A DNA stretch of 64,000 bases from Candidatus Nomurabacteria bacterium RIFCSPHIGHO2_01_FULL_40_20 (lineage in GTDB: Bacteria > Patescibacteriota > Minisyncoccia > Phycocordibacterales > UBA9973), in contig MFTO01000013.1 of assembly GCA_001786835.1 (NCBI GenBank), forward strand, positions 1,002-65,001, given 5' to 3'. Position 1 is the first letter of the stretch. Each line of letters begins with the position of its first letter. Below the pieces are notes generated by a model. The model saw only the letters and a program-made list of their open reading frames with translations. It had not been told where the DNA came from and did no database searches. The position numbers were made by a program, and so were the translations under genes. Below, piece by piece: positions 9,249 to 20,038 of this stretch.

Positions 9249-9851
9249 ATGAAAACGAACGAGCTGAGTCCAATCAACGGAATCCAAGTTTTTGAAGCTT
9301 TGGGTTCTCAAGGTGATTTTGATTTTCTAGAGAGAAATCCAAATCTATCTTCCGAAAAGCATATAGTACTAGCAACTTGTTATGGAGGTAGTGATTTAGA
9401 ATGGCAGGGAGTTCTCTTTTTTGTGCCGGATAAACGTCGTTACAGTAATGTAGAAGCAAGGGACTATTCCGTTGAAAAAATATCTGAATCAGATATGATA
9501 CAGGTTTTGTGTTGTGACGCTTTCTTCGCACACCTTGATTTGAGGCACTATGATCTGAACATAGCCCTCTTCTTTGTAGACAAGACAGAAGCAGATGACC
9601 TAACCTATAAAGTAAAGTCGTTTGATTCCGTTGAAGATGTTGAATCTGAGGAGAGAGTTGAAGCAAATGTAAAGGACGTTTCAGATGCGCTTGATTTACT
9701 TGCCATGGATTTGCTAATCGGTAGGTATACGAAAATAGCAGAAAGTTTGTATTTTAAAGAAACTTCCACTCTCTTGGGCCTAAAGAAAGTTTTATTAAAA
9801 CTCGAACAGTATAAAAACCACTTTCTTAAATCCTTAAAGATTGCAAAATGA
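9249..9851 (+). CDS. Hypothetical protein
   Basis: A 200-aa ORF is followed by a terminator hairpin (CGCTCGTGA/TCACGAGCG followed by T5) at about 9897-9935. Confidence 0.4.
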   Translation: MKTNELSPINGIQVFEALGSQGDFDFLERNPNLSSEKHIVLATCYGGSDLEWQGVLFFVPDKRRYSNVEARDYSVEKISESDMIQVLCCDAFFAHLDLRHYDLNIALFFVDKTEADDLTYKVKSFDSVEDVESEERVEANVKDVSDALDLLAMDLLIGRYTKIAESLYFKETSTLLGLKKVLLKLEQYKNHFLKSLKIAK

Positions 9852-9932
9852 ATTGTCTGGATACGATACGACCTCTTAGCAAAGTCTACCTATCTAACAA
9901 GCGAGCGCTCGTGATTTCGGTCACGAGCGTTT

Positions 9933-10412
9933 TTATTTATAAAATAAAAAATCCCTTCGAGCCATTGCTGACCGAAGGGACACGTTCACCGCACCTGAAA
10001 GTGGATTGAAGAGAGATTGGGCCGTGGTATGTCTCTTGAGCTCTTTATATGCAAAAAACGTATGAATTATCCAGTGAGTCCAGAAGAGCATTCCCACTAA
10101 AAGCAGAAAAAATCCCAGTGATGCTATCGATAACTCAAAAATCCAAAGCGCAGATACATAAAACATCAGAAAAAGCACAATTGAGAGAATTCTCATGACA
10201 CCCTGCATTCTTATCATCCCGTAAACATGTTTTAGAGATATGTAATGATATTTCGGATTTAGGTTGTCTAACCGAGTTACTCTTCTGACGATTTTCTTAT
10301 GAGTGAGAATCATCCAGGCAGTAACGTATCCAAATGAGACGCCTGAGTTAAGAACAATCATCAATCGTAGAATTAGAGGCCAATCAATTGTTGAGTTATA
10401 CATGATCATCAA
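9933..10412 (-). CDS. Hypothetical membrane protein. The 3' end as called reads through a terminator-like repeat, so the true stop may be misassigned.
   Basis: It has several hydrophobic helices, and its C-terminal about 20 codons overlie the repeated 3' element at 9946-10020. Confidence 0.35.
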   Translation of the reverse strand: MMIMYNSTIDWPLILRLMIVLNSGVSFGYVTAWMILTHKKIVRRVTRLDNLNPKYHYISLKHVYGMIRMQGVMRILSIVLFLMFYVSALWIFELSIASLGFFLLLVGMLFWTHWIIHTFFAYKELKRHTTAQSLFNPLSGAVNVSLRSAMARRDFLFYK

Positions 10413-10818
10413 AGTTTTCAGTTAAGGAATGTTGTTTCGGTCCCATTGGTTTTTTTGCGTTCAGAGTTTGCAAGAGTTCCTTCAGATATTCTCTTGCCTC
10501 TTGCAAGTTGGCGATATCTGATATGTATGTTTCTTGGCTAAGAGAACCTTTATGAAAACGCTCTTCAACTTTCTGTATTCTGTCATCGACCGATGTGAGG
10601 ACTTTAGTAAGGTCATCTTCCGAAGGATGCAACGTTGCTTTTCCTTCGCCTATCCACTCTAAGATAGCAAGGTAGACAACGGCGTCTCCATTAGGAAAAG
10701 GTTCAAGGCTTTCGATACTCTGCGTCGCAAGTTCACCCAGAATGTGATTGTCAATAAAACTGAATGTATCAAAAAACTCCGCAATGGGAATCGACGATAA
10801 GCGCTTTTTTTGTGACAT
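10396..10818 (-). CDS. Hypothetical protein in an operon with the membrane protein above (17-nt overlap)
   Basis: A 140-aa soluble ORF with no recognisable motif. Confidence 0.4.
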   Translation of the reverse strand: MSQKKRLSSIPIAEFFDTFSFIDNHILGELATQSIESLEPFPNGDAVVYLAILEWIGEGKATLHPSEDDLTKVLTSVDDRIQKVEERFHKGSLSQETYISDIANLQEAREYLKELLQTLNAKKPMGPKQHSLTENFDDHV

Positions 10819-11026
10819 GGTGGTTATATTTAAAAGTCAATGAAAAATTATTTATTTATTTTTACAATACATCTTTTCACGCTTTTTGTAAAGTTTTACT
10901 TTTTTGGATTTAAAATAAAAATCCCCAGCCAAAGTAGCCGGGGACTGAACAGACGCGCTCTCCTCGTATGAGCCGAAAGGAGCCTCTTCTTCCACTGCGC
11001 TTGAAAGTGGAGTTAAAAAATCTTAC

Positions 11027-11344
11027 TTACTCTCGTTGGAGAGTTTTTCTTAGATTGTAGGAAATTTCTCTTGGTCTTAAAGAATACATTTCTTTTTCTT
11101 TTGGGAAAATTTCCTGGTCAATTCCATCGTAAGCGTAAGTTCTTATTCTCGTAGAGCGGGTTTTTCCTTCAAAAGGAATATCCTCTATGTTTTTGATTAC
11201 CTTCTCAGGCTTCCCGAAATTTGGGAACCTTATCGCGAAGTATGTGGCAAATAGAAATGCAATTATAGTACCAATTACAAAAGCAAGATACAGAAAAAAA
11301 TAATCCCATCCGGTAACTGTTAGAAAAAATGATTGAAGTATCAT
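11027..11344 (-). CDS. Hypothetical small membrane protein
   Basis: An N-terminal double TM; the third, diverged copy of the 3' repeat element lies just downstream at 10921-11020. Confidence 0.4.
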   Translation of the reverse strand: MILQSFFLTVTGWDYFFLYLAFVIGTIIAFLFATYFAIRFPNFGKPEKVIKNIEDIPFEGKTRSTRIRTYAYDGIDQEIFPKEKEMYSLRPREISYNLRKTLQRE

Positions 11345-11515
11345 GGCTTAATATTTAATTTTTTAAGAAGATTCTTATTTGATAATATTTTACCATTTAA
11401 AAGAAACTTGCACTAGGCTTGGATAGTATGTTGAACTAGTTGAAAAATTTTAGGGAATGTGGTATTAATTAAGCAGATTTCGTTGAAATTTTCTCACTCA
11501 AAAATACAAAACGTT

Positions 11516-12064
11516 ATGAAAAAGATAATTTCAAAGTTCTTGGATAGAACAAGAAAGATGAGCAATTTGGTGTTTATGACTGTACTTGTCATTATCTTTT
11601 TACTTCCATCAATAATACTACTAGTTATTCCATCGCTGTACATTTCAAAACATATTGAAAACCCAATTATCGCATTTGGTGGTTTAGCGTACTATTGCGT
11701 ACTTCTTATAATGGCCATGAAAGTGTTGTACTCGTTGAGGCCTAAAAATTGGGAGGACGGAAGTAAACGTAGTGGGAGAGCAGATCCAGAAAGTCAGTCA
11801 TTTTCTTCTCTTTCAGAGAAAATAATATTCGCATATTTGCGACGCGAATTGTCACCATCTGAACATGAACGAGTTGAAAAAATAATTTCGGAAAGTATCT
11901 TGACTTACCCTGTTTTCGAAAAAATACTAGGGGCTTACAAATCTTATCTTAGAAGATACGGTGACAGGGCAGAAGAAGTCATGGAAGCAGACCATAAAGA
12001 GTTCGATGAATTTACCGACCAATACTTTACTGAAATGAAGCAGAAAGATCCTGAGTTAAATTAA
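11516..12064 (+). CDS. Hypothetical membrane protein. The track start is 11459, but the likely start is MKKIISKF at 11516.
   Basis: A -35 TTGAAA / -10 TACAAA promoter lies directly upstream of 11516. A terminator hairpin GCCCA...TGGGC followed by T7 lies at about 12085-12117. Confidence 0.4.
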   Translation: MKKIISKFLDRTRKMSNLVFMTVLVIIFLLPSIILLVIPSLYISKHIENPIIAFGGLAYYCVLLIMAMKVLYSLRPKNWEDGSKRSGRADPESQSFSSLSEKIIFAYLRRELSPSEHERVEKIISESILTYPVFEKILGAYKSYLRRYGDRAEEVMEADHKEFDEFTDQYFTEMKQKDPELN

Positions 12065-12121
12065 CTCAGAAAGTAAGAAGGTGAAAATAATGCCCATTCA
12101 GAAATGTTTGGGCTTTTTTTA

Positions 12122-12694
12122 TTAAATTCCTAATTCTCTAAGTTCAATTTCAAGAGATTCAGTATCTATAAACAAAATACTTTTTATACCAAGGGCTTCA
12201 CTGGCTTTGATGTTTTCTTCCCGGTCGTCTATGAATATTGTTTCTTCTGGAGAGAGTCCGGAGCGCTCTAGGGCGATACGATAAATTTTTGGTTCGGGTT
12301 TTATAGCTTTAATTTCGAAAGATACTACTATGTCGTCGAACAACTTTTTTAAGTTGTTTTCTTCCATTAATTGCTCAAAGAATGGACGGGTAGCATTACT
12401 TAAGAGAATTATTTTGTAATTTGCTTTTAGCTTTTTTATTAATTCTATAACCCCCCTATTAATCACTGCCAGCTTTAACCACGCCTTACGAACCTCTTTT
12501 GGGTCCTCTTGCGCTAGCTTACCCATAGCCTCAAAAAGTTCTTCTTCCGTGATTTCTTCTTTATCAGCTATCGGTCCGTATCTTTTTTCTATCTCTTTGG
12601 CTTTTTCATCCCCGAATTTACTTTTGAGCCAAACGATACCAACCTCACTTGAGACCACACCATAGAAATCAAAAATGATGGCTTTATAATTCAT
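12122..12694 (-). CDS. HAD-superfamily hydrolase (subfamily IA-like)
   Basis: HAD motifs I-IV are present: IIFDFYGVV, LLSNATRP, K-PEPKIY, and FIDDREENI. Confidence 0.8.
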   Translation of the reverse strand: MNYKAIIFDFYGVVSSEVGIVWLKSKFGDEKAKEIEKRYGPIADKEEITEEELFEAMGKLAQEDPKEVRKAWLKLAVINRGVIELIKKLKANYKIILLSNATRPFFEQLMEENNLKKLFDDIVVSFEIKAIKPEPKIYRIALERSGLSPEETIFIDDREENIKASEALGIKSILFIDTESLEIELRELGI

Positions 12695-12712
12695 GATTTT
12701 AGTATAGCAAAA

Positions 12713-12934
12713 TTAGGTAAACATAGAATGATAAACAGTCCAAAATAAATCATAAGGCCAAGTAAGGGCAGGAACTACAAACCACCAAAAAAAAGTTATT
12801 ATATTACCGCTTAGTGAACCTGTCCAAATAAAAGCTGATGGTCCAGAAATGAATAGTCCCTTTATCTCTAAGACAAGAGAAATCACCAACCCAATTCCAA
12901 GGTAAAATATCGCAATTTGCTTGATTGTTTTCAT
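12713..12934 (-). CDS. Hypothetical small membrane protein
   Basis: A 73-aa ORF with two hydrophobic helices that overlaps the upstream gene by 4 nt. Confidence 0.3.
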   Translation of the reverse strand: MKTIKQIAIFYLGIGLVISLVLEIKGLFISGPSAFIWTGSLSGNIITFFWWFVVPALTWPYDLFWTVYHSMFT

Positions 12935-13302
12935 AATTTTGACTCCTTAGGATTACAAGACCATTCGACGGGTGGACAAGCATTTGGACATCCTCCTGCT
13001 CTGTCACAAAACCCTCCACAACGAGACACAATTTTCTTCGTATTTTTATTTACATAATAAAATGGACCGTCTACTTCAGCCATACAGTTAATAGATATCA
13101 AATCTCCGCATTCAGCAACAAGTTCACACTCTGAACCCTCTAATGTATTTAGAATTTCAGTGTATTCTTTTTTAGTCTCTTTTGCTGATAAAAGATATCC
13201 TACAAGAACGATTACTAAAATTATAATTGATGCTATGTAAAAATAAGTTTTCTTTTTCATATTTTTAGTACATATAAGTTCGAAAGTATTAGATTGGAAC
13301 AA
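12931..13302 (-). CDS. Hypothetical secreted cysteine-rich protein; the probable start is the internal MKKKTYFYIAS
   Basis: A signal or TM-like N-terminus is followed by at least 10 Cys (CGGFCDRAGGCPNACPPVEWSC). Confidence 0.4.
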   Translation of the reverse strand: MFQSNTFELICTKNMKKKTYFYIASIIILVIVLVGYLLSAKETKKEYTEILNTLEGSECELVAECGDLISINCMAEVDGPFYYVNKNTKKIVSRCGGFCDRAGGCPNACPPVEWSCNPKESKL

Positions 13303-13752
13303 CTATGGTTGACCCCAGTCTAAAAGTTCGGTAAAGCGAAGATAGTATCCATAGGGGTCAGCCATACGAAAGTCATGCCAGACCCTATAGTCGTCCCTGC
13401 TTTCTTGTAGTTCTTTTACAATGTACTGTGGTAAATTACTTTTTACCATTGAATAGAAATCTTCAATATTAGATGTTGGCATTGTTAATTCTATTGCATA
13501 GCCACGTATGGTATCTCGTGGGAATTTCTTAAAATACGACTGATTAAAAACCCTATCATCGTCTCCATAAAAATTAATAATTGTATCTCCTAATTTGTCT
13601 TTTCGCTTTAACACAAGATATCCGGGATAGTTTTTTCCTTTTTTGTCTTCACTAATAACCTCAAAACCTAACTTTGAGTAAAATTCTTTAACTTTACCAA
13701 AATCTGGGATATGTAGTTCAATAATAAGGTTATTGTTTATTTTACTTTTCAT
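13303..13752 (-). CDS. Glyoxalase/bleomycin-resistance/VOC-family protein
   Basis: The N-terminal IELHIPDFGKVKEFYSKLGFEV is a paired beta-alpha-beta-beta-beta motif typical of the VOC superfamily. Confidence 0.55.
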   Translation of the reverse strand: MKSKINNNLIIELHIPDFGKVKEFYSKLGFEVISEDKKGKNYPGYLVLKRKDKLGDTIINFYGDDDRVFNQSYFKKFPRDTIRGYAIELTMPTSNIEDFYSMVKSNLPQYIVKELQESRDDYRVWHDFRMADPYGYYLRFTELLDWGQP

Positions 13753-13797
13753 AAAGTTATTATAATCACGTCTAGTCTCGGCATATAGTTATTATTT

Positions 13798-14493
13798 TTA
13801 CTCTATTCCTTCTTTTACTTCCTCTTCTTCTCCCTCTTCCTCTAGCCCAAAAGTTTCTTGAATCAAAGGCTCAAGCTTATCTATGTCTTGAAATCCGGTA
13901 TACAAATCCCCTTCTACCACTAAGGCGGGGAGTTTGGTATCTTCTATTTTATAAATCGCGAGCATCGCTTCCACTGCCGAGAGGTCGGTGGAAAAATCAA
14001 AAGAATAAACCCGCAATTCCGGATACTTGTTTTTCAGCCGTGAAAGCACGAGTCCTTGGCGTTCACATTCACTGCAATTTTCCGCGGTAGTGTAAAAATA
14101 AAGAACAAAAGCGTATTTAAAACCACAACGAGAAGATATTTGCTTCATCAAAAGATAATCCTTGATTTGGAGAAGTGAATAATATTTTCTCAAATATTCC
14201 ACCTCTTCTGTTTTACCTAGATTACTCTCGCCCCATTCTAGCTTTGCTCCGAGCTCTCCCAATAAATCAGAGAGCACCGAAAAACCGGAGACATTTTTAC
14301 AAGAGAGTTCGGAGAGGAGCGCAAACTGCGTTTCGGAAGATAAAATATCAAGCGATATTTCGTCTTGGATTAGTTTTAATTGGTTAATTTTTTTGGTGCT
14401 GAAATAATCGCTCAAGTAGCTCGCCGAAAGAAAAAGCGTCAGAGTGATAAGAAATACGATAAAATATTTTTTCCAATCAACGTTGTTTTTCAT
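13798..14493 (-). CDS. Membrane-anchored thioredoxin-like CxxC protein with an acidic C-terminal tail
   Basis: An N-terminal TM, a CSEC motif in ...TAENCSECERQG, and a Glu-rich C-terminus. Confidence 0.45.
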   Translation of the reverse strand: MKNNVDWKKYFIVFLITLTLFLSASYLSDYFSTKKINQLKLIQDEISLDILSSETQFALLSELSCKNVSGFSVLSDLLGELGAKLEWGESNLGKTEEVEYLRKYYSLLQIKDYLLMKQISSRCGFKYAFVLYFYTTAENCSECERQGLVLSRLKNKYPELRVYSFDFSTDLSAVEAMLAIYKIEDTKLPALVVEGDLYTGFQDIDKLEPLIQETFGLEEEGEEEEVKEGIE

Positions 14494-14505
14494 GTTTTAA
14501 AATAT

Positions 14506-15747
14506 TTAGCGCCAAGAAGGTCTTTTAGCGACAATCGTATTGTAAATAGAACTGAAAAGCCAAAATGGAGCAACGACACTATAAATTGAAAAGAAATACA
14601 GAATATGGAGAGGAAAGACTTTTTTCTCCGCTATTTTATGCCCTAAAACGATGGACACAATAACGAGAGAGTATAGGATTAAAATGACAAAAAGAACAGA
14701 TTTGGTATTTATAAAAAAAGGGTCAAAATTATAAAATGGAGAACTAAATTCAAAACCCACCGTGCGCAATTCTACAATTTTGCCTTCTACGAAATTCCAT
14801 AAACGAATTGCGATGCGACTAAAAAGATAACTCGCGGCAATAATGGAAACAATCCCCGCGGGCACGGTGAAAAGTGAAAAATTCCCATATTTTTTCTGAA
14901 ATAAAACCCCGCGATAATCAATGGTGTTGTTGATAAACCCGTAAATCCAGCGCAACCTTTGTTGATAAAGTCTCCTGACTGAAGACGGAGTATTGGTATA
15001 AACAAAAGCATCGTGGCATTGTTCTATTTTCATATGATTCTTTTGCATCCGATAGGCTATTTCCATGTCTTCGGTATTATGCGCGCTTCGATAAGGACCT
15101 AACTCTTCAAAAACCTTCCTGCGAAAAATAGTAAGCGGTCCCGGAGTCACGTGGATAGCATTTATGAGTCCTAGCATTTTCTTTACATAAATAGACATAT
15201 AATATTCGGCTTTCTGAGCATATTCTATAATATTTTTTGGGTTGCTTACTTCAATAGATGGCGCAACCGCCATAGTGCTCTCATCTCTTTCAAAATAGCT
15301 CATAATACGCACGAGCGAATCCGAATCCACATAAGAATCCGCATCTAGACATCCGGAAAATTCGGTATCACAATTCTCAAGTCCTAAATTAAGCGCCGTG
15401 TGCTTGCCACCATTTTCTTTATGAAAGACTTTGACGTTTGAATATTTGGCAAATTTTTGAATAATATTTAATGTGCCATCCGTGGAACCATCGTCCACTA
15501 AAAAAATTTTTAGTTTTTCTTTGGGATAGTTCAGGTCGAGAAGCGAGCGAACTGTTTTATAAATCGTGCGCTCTTCGTTGAAGCAAGGCACAGTGACTGT
15601 CACAGTGGGGTATCTGGCGAGCACTACCTTGCCTTTCCTGTTTTTGATTGTTTTACGGTTCTCCAAGAAAGTAACGAGCAAAAACACTTGGACGTAAACC
15701 GCCAAGAAAGTAAGAACATAAAAAATAATATTGAAAGTCGTAGCCAT
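14506..15747 (-). CDS. Family-2 glycosyltransferase, processive type (PgaC/chitin-synthase-like)
   Basis: TVPCFNEE, the LVDDGSTDGT (DxD region) and the QQRLRWIYGF (QxxRW) motif are present, with C-terminal TM helices. Confidence 0.85.
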   Translation of the reverse strand: MATTFNIIFYVLTFLAVYVQVFLLVTFLENRKTIKNRKGKVVLARYPTVTVTVPCFNEERTIYKTVRSLLDLNYPKEKLKIFLVDDGSTDGTLNIIQKFAKYSNVKVFHKENGGKHTALNLGLENCDTEFSGCLDADSYVDSDSLVRIMSYFERDESTMAVAPSIEVSNPKNIIEYAQKAEYYMSIYVKKMLGLINAIHVTPGPLTIFRRKVFEELGPYRSAHNTEDMEIAYRMQKNHMKIEQCHDAFVYTNTPSSVRRLYQQRLRWIYGFINNTIDYRGVLFQKKYGNFSLFTVPAGIVSIIAASYLFSRIAIRLWNFVEGKIVELRTVGFEFSSPFYNFDPFFINTKSVLFVILILYSLVIVSIVLGHKIAEKKVFPLHILYFFSIYSVVAPFWLFSSIYNTIVAKRPSWR

Positions 15748-15826
15748 ATGTCCTTACATTATAACAACTTTTGGGTAAAAAGGCAAAAGCGCGCCGGCAT
15801 ACGCCGGCGCGCTTTATTGAGTAAAT

Positions 15827-16291
15827 CTACATTTTCATTTCAGTTTTTCCTCCCATTCCTCCTCCACTCATAGTATCCCTCCCGCCACAAGACATGCAAA
15901 CTCCTTCTTTGCATTTTTTGCACCTGCAACCAAAAATTTTCACAAGAGCGGAGATGCCCACTAAGAGATATACCAGTCCCTCAAGGAGAGGTATAGAGCC
16001 CAAGAGCATGTTTATTACATTCCAAGAGCCTACGCTACCTAAGAGCATTCCAAGGCCCATCAGACCCCAATTGAGTCCTCCCGCGATAAGCAGAAAATTC
16101 CCGATTTTGCTCGTAGTGCAGTGCGCTCCTTTACAACAGCATCCATCTTTACAATTTGCACACATATTTTTATTAAAAATTATTTTTATAAACCCCGCCT
16201 TTTCGACAAAAGAGGTCGGGTTTGGTATTAATATTTCCATTATACCATATCGCAAAAAAATGCTACAATATATCACATTAGAAATAAACAA
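15827..16291 (-). CDS. DUF378-family membrane protein with Cys-rich N- and C-terminal extensions; the true start is probably an internal Met
   Basis: The core IAGGLNWGLMGLGMLLGSVGSWNVINMLLGSIPLLEGLVYLLVGISALVKIFG matches DUF378, flanked by CANCKDGCCCKGAHC and CRCKKCKEGVCMSCGG. Confidence 0.5.
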   Translation of the reverse strand: MFISNVIYCSIFLRYGIMEILIPNPTSFVEKAGFIKIIFNKNMCANCKDGCCCKGAHCTTSKIGNFLLIAGGLNWGLMGLGMLLGSVGSWNVINMLLGSIPLLEGLVYLLVGISALVKIFGCRCKKCKEGVCMSCGGRDTMSGGGMGGKTEMKM

Positions 16292-16299
16292 AAAAAATC

Positions 16300-16995
16300 A
16301 TGGAAAATGCAACAGAAAATACAAAAGAAAACAATAGTCAAAAGCCGATGGACTCAAAACCGATAGTTGGGGCAATACTGATAGTGGGGATAATGATAGC
16401 TGGGGCTATATTGCTCAAAGGAGGAGGTGGCGTAAATACTTCATCCAAAACCCCCATATCTAAGGAAGACCATATATTGGGAAATCCTAAAGCAGAAATC
16501 GTAATTGTAGAATATTCTGATACCGAATGCCCTTTCTGTAAAGTTTTCCACCAAACCATGCATCAGGTAGTAAACAAAAGCGAAGGAAAAGTCGCTTGGG
16601 TTTACAAACATTATCCAATCGAAGGACTGCACCCTAAAGCGCCCCTTGAAGCCGAAGCCACCGAATGCGCTTGGGAACAAGGAGGCAATACTGTGTTTTG
16701 GGAATATATAGATGAAGTATTTTTGCGAACAGAATCCAACAACAAGCTTGACCTGGCAGAATTGCCGAAAATAGCAGAAAGTCTAGGTCTTGATGTAGGG
16801 AAATTTAATTCCTGCGTTGACAGCGGAAAGTATAAAGAAAAAGTGCAAAGTCATATAAGCGATGGCAACCTAGCGGGTGTCCGTGGCACACCCTCTTCCT
16901 TTATTCTAAAAAATGGAAGCGTGGTCGGCACTATCCCCGGCGCGCAATCCTTTGAAGGCGTAATGGCGCAACTCGAGACACTTTTGATTGACTAG
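16300..16995 (+). CDS. DsbA-like thiol:disulfide oxidoreductase (thioredoxin fold, CPFC active site), membrane-anchored
   Basis: An N-terminal TM and then [18 protein letters not shown]...[22 protein letters not shown]. Confidence 0.75.
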   Translation: MENATENTKENNSQKPMDSKPIVGAILIVGIMIAGAILLKGGGGVNTSSKTPISKEDHILGNPKAEIVIVEYSDTECPFCKVFHQTMHQVVNKSEGKVAWVYKHYPIEGLHPKAPLEAEATECAWEQGGNTVFWEYIDEVFLRTESNNKLDLAELPKIAESLGLDVGKFNSCVDSGKYKEKVQSHISDGNLAGVRGTPSSFILKNGSVVGTIPGAQSFEGVMAQLETLLID

Positions 16996-18221
16996 TCAAA
17001 ATAGTTCTTAAGTCGAGAGATTTTTTCGTGACTGCGGAGTTTTTCGTGGACTTTGGCTTCAATTTGGCGGATACGTTCACGGGTCACACCAAATTCTTCC
17101 CCTACTCGCTCTAAGGTATGCTGAATGCCATCTATAAGTCCATAGCGCATTTCCAAGATTTTTCGCTCTTTGGGATTTAATTCGTCTAGCACGCTTTTGA
17201 TTTGGTCGGAAAGAATTCTTCTGGACGAATCTTGGTCCGGGCGGAGAATCTTGTCGTCGGGAATAAAGTTCTCCAGCGTTGACTTGTCGTCATCGTCCCC
17301 CACTGGTTGTTCCAGCGAGATAGTTTCTTGAGAAATATTTTCAATCACGTGAATTTTTTCAACCGGGATACCCATCTCGGTCGCTATTTCCTCTGCTAGT
17401 GGCTCCCGGCCCAAATCTTGACTAAGTCTCCGATGCACTTGTTTATATTTGGAAATTGTTTCCACCATGTGGACCGGTATACGAATGGTGCGGGATTGGT
17501 CTGCGAGCGCTCTGGTGATAGACTGGCGAATCCACCAAGTGGCATAAGTAGAAAATTTATATCCCTTTGTCCAATCAAATTTCTCCACCGCTTTAAAAAG
17601 ACCCAAGTTCCCCTCTTGAATTAAATCAAGTAAATTTAAGTTCGCGCTTCGACCCACATATTTCTTGGCAATAGACACCACCAAGCGCAGATTTGCCCGA
17701 GCCAGCAGATTTTTTGCTTCCAAATCTCCTTTTTCTATTCTCCTGGCAAGTTCTTTTTCTTCGCTCGCATAAATGAGTGGATACTGCCCAATTTCTTTTA
17801 AATACATCTGAATAGAATCGTGAATAGCTGATTTATTTAAATCAAGATTACTAGGGTCATTATCAAGATTGAGAAGATTCCCTCCTTCGAGTACATCTAT
17901 ACCAGCAACTCCAAATTTTTCATATAGCTCGTCTAGAAATAAAATATTATTTTCAATATTTGGGAATGTCTTCAAAATTTCATCATAGGTTATAAAACCG
18001 CGCTTCCGCCCTTTTTCAATCAAGATATCGGACCGATGAAGCAGTTCTTCCGCCTTTTTTTCGGCAACAGTTGGTTTTTTTAGTTTAGGGACAGACTTCT
18101 TTATAATTTTTTTCTTAACCCTCTTAAATTTTTTGGTTTTTTTAACCTTTTTTGTCTTAGCTCTTTTTAGAGCTTTTTTCTTTTTATTCAGCTTTTTATT
18201 CTTCATTTTTTTCTTTTTCAT
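16992..18221 (-). CDS. rpoD: RNA polymerase sigma-70 factor RpoD with a Lys-rich N-terminal extension
   Basis: Regions 1.2, 2, 3 and 4 are present ([47 protein letters not shown], and a region-4 HTH). Confidence 0.95.
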   Translation of the reverse strand: MKKKKMKNKKLNKKKKALKRAKTKKVKKTKKFKRVKKKIIKKSVPKLKKPTVAEKKAEELLHRSDILIEKGRKRGFITYDEILKTFPNIENNILFLDELYEKFGVAGIDVLEGGNLLNLDNDPSNLDLNKSAIHDSIQMYLKEIGQYPLIYASEEKELARRIEKGDLEAKNLLARANLRLVVSIAKKYVGRSANLNLLDLIQEGNLGLFKAVEKFDWTKGYKFSTYATWWIRQSITRALADQSRTIRIPVHMVETISKYKQVHRRLSQDLGREPLAEEIATEMGIPVEKIHVIENISQETISLEQPVGDDDDKSTLENFIPDDKILRPDQDSSRRILSDQIKSVLDELNPKERKILEMRYGLIDGIQHTLERVGEEFGVTRERIRQIEAKVHEKLRSHEKISRLKNYFD

Positions 18222-18250
18222 AATTCTTATCTTTTGATTTATCTTGGGGC

Positions 18251-20038
18251 CTATAATTTTTTTATGCGACCATTTTTTAAATCTTGTATTTTGTTACTGA
18301 TAATTTGACACTCTTTTAAAATTTCGGTCGACTTTGAGACATCTTTCCCTTCTTCTGCCAGACGCAATTCTTTCATTTTCTCTGCCAAGTTTTCTTTCAG
18401 ATATTCTTCCTTGAAATTAGAAAGTAATTCATCCAAATCTTTTTTCAAGTCCACGTCTCCTCCGTAAAAAACTTCTGCTTCGTAAATCAAATCTTCTTTA
18501 CTACTCCCCAACTTTTCTAAAATCTTATCGACACCCCCATTTAAAAATTCTCCGAGCTTTTGCAACACCCCTGATACATCAACTACGGGTTTCGGTAGTT
18601 CTCGTTGCCAAAAAATGATACCAAAGAGTCTCCGTTCGATATAATCCTTGCGAAAAAGGCTCGAGTGTTTCTCTTTCGCTTCCTGTATTTCATCTTTTTC
18701 AAATTTTAAATTTTCGTTAACTCTCTTTAAATCTTCTCCTAACGCTACCTCCGGTATTCCCGATGCGTCACTTATTTTTTTTACAAAATGCACTTTTTCA
18801 ATAGAGCTTGGAATAGCACTAACGTATGGCAATAACTTTTCTTTTATCAATCTTCCGGCTTTTCGTTCGTCATCTGCTACCTCCTTCAAAATCCTCTCTA
18901 AAATAAACAAAATTACATGTTTGGATTCCCGTATCGCTTCCCGCCAAGCGGGCACGCCTTCTTTAGAAATCAAGTCTGCCGGGTCAAAACCCTCCTTGAT
19001 ATTTGCCACCTTCACGTCCATGCCCAAAGAAAGAGCGATTCTGCCGGCTCTAGCTGTTGCACTTACCCCCGCCTTATCTGCATCGAAAGCAAGGATAATA
19101 TTCTCGGAGAGTCTGCGTACCAGACCTAAATTTGAAACTGCATTTTCTCGCGAGACAGTATTTTCCGACAGAGCTGTGCCGGAAGTGGCAATTGTATTCT
19201 TGAATCCTGCCTGATGAGACAATACTAAATCCATCTGACCTTCAACTAAAATAGAAAAATTATTTTTGCGGATAGAATCTTTGGCGCGATCCAGCCCATA
19301 GAGCACAAGCGACTTGTTGAATATAGGCGTGTCGGGACTGTTTAAATATTTTGGGCCGACGTTTTCTGTCGGTCTCCCGACCCCTTCTAGCGTCGGGACT
19401 TCTTCTCCGAAAATCCGGCCGGAGAATGCTATAATTCTGCCACTCGAGTCTCCAATCGGAAACATAATTCTGGAACGAAATCTATCATACATTCCTTTAT
19501 CGCTACCTTTGGCAAGTCCGGCGCGCTCTATTTCCGGGTCGGAGAATCCTTTTGTTTTCAAATACTGGTAAAGGTCTCTCCAAGATTCTCTCGCAAATCC
19601 TATTTTAAAGTCCTGCACAGATCCCTCGGACAGTCCACGCCCTCTTAAATAAGAAAGGGCTTCAGGATTGTCTCTGAGATTCTGAATAAAAAACAGAGAG
19701 GATTCTTCCATCGCTTTGTAAAGTCTCTCCTTCTCACTTTCTTTTTCTTTATTAAATTCTCCGAGGACTACACCGGCTTTATCCGCCAAGAGCTTCAGGG
19801 CTCCCTTGAAATCCAGTCCTTCAAATTCTTCCACAAAAGAAAATATGTCTCCTTTAGCCCCGCAACCAAAACAATAATAACTTCCTCGAGCGGGCGAGAC
19901 GAAAAACGACGGTGTCTTTTCGTTATGAAAAGGACATTTGGCTTTTAGGTTTGCGCCAGTTTTTTCCAACTTTATATAAGAAGAGACTACTTCTTCGACT
20001 GAAAGCCTCTCCTTAATTTGTTCTACTGGAGAGTTCAT
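18251..20038 (-). CDS. dnaG: DNA primase DnaG
   Basis: A CHC2 zinc finger ([13 protein letters not shown]...[11 protein letters not shown]) and a TOPRIM domain ([15 protein letters not shown]). Confidence 0.9.
   Translation of the reverse strand: MNSPVEQIKERLSVEEVVSSYIKLEKTGANLKAKCPFHNEKTPSFFVSPARGSYYCFGCGAKGDIFSFVEEFEGLDFKGALKLLADKAGVVLGEFNKEKESEKERLYKAMEESSLFFIQNLRDNPEALSYLRGRGLSEGSVQDFKIGFARESWRDLYQYLKTKGFSDPEIERAGLAKGSDKGMYDRFRSRIMFPIGDSSGRIIAFSGRIFGEEVPTLEGVGRPTENVGPKYLNSPDTPIFNKSLVLYGLDRAKDSIRKNNFSILVEGQMDLVLSHQAGFKNTIATSGTALSENTVSRENAVSNLGLVRRLSENIILAFDADKAGVSATARAGRIALSLGMDVKVANIKEGFDPADLISKEGVPAWREAIRESKHVILFILERILKEVADDERKAGRLIKEKLLPYVSAIPSSIEKVHFVKKISDASGIPEVALGEDLKRVNENLKFEKDEIQEAKEKHSSLFRKDYIERRLFGIIFWQRELPKPVVDVSGVLQKLGEFLNGGVDKILEKLGSSKEDLIYEAEVFYGGDVDLKKDLDELLSNFKEEYLKENLAEKMKELRLAEEGKDVSKSTEILKECQIISNKIQDLKNGRIKKL

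Noticed and set aside
9274-9666. Minus-strand 130-aa ORF
   Set aside because: It is fully antisense inside the 9249..9851 ORF, with an improbable Q/L/R-rich translation.
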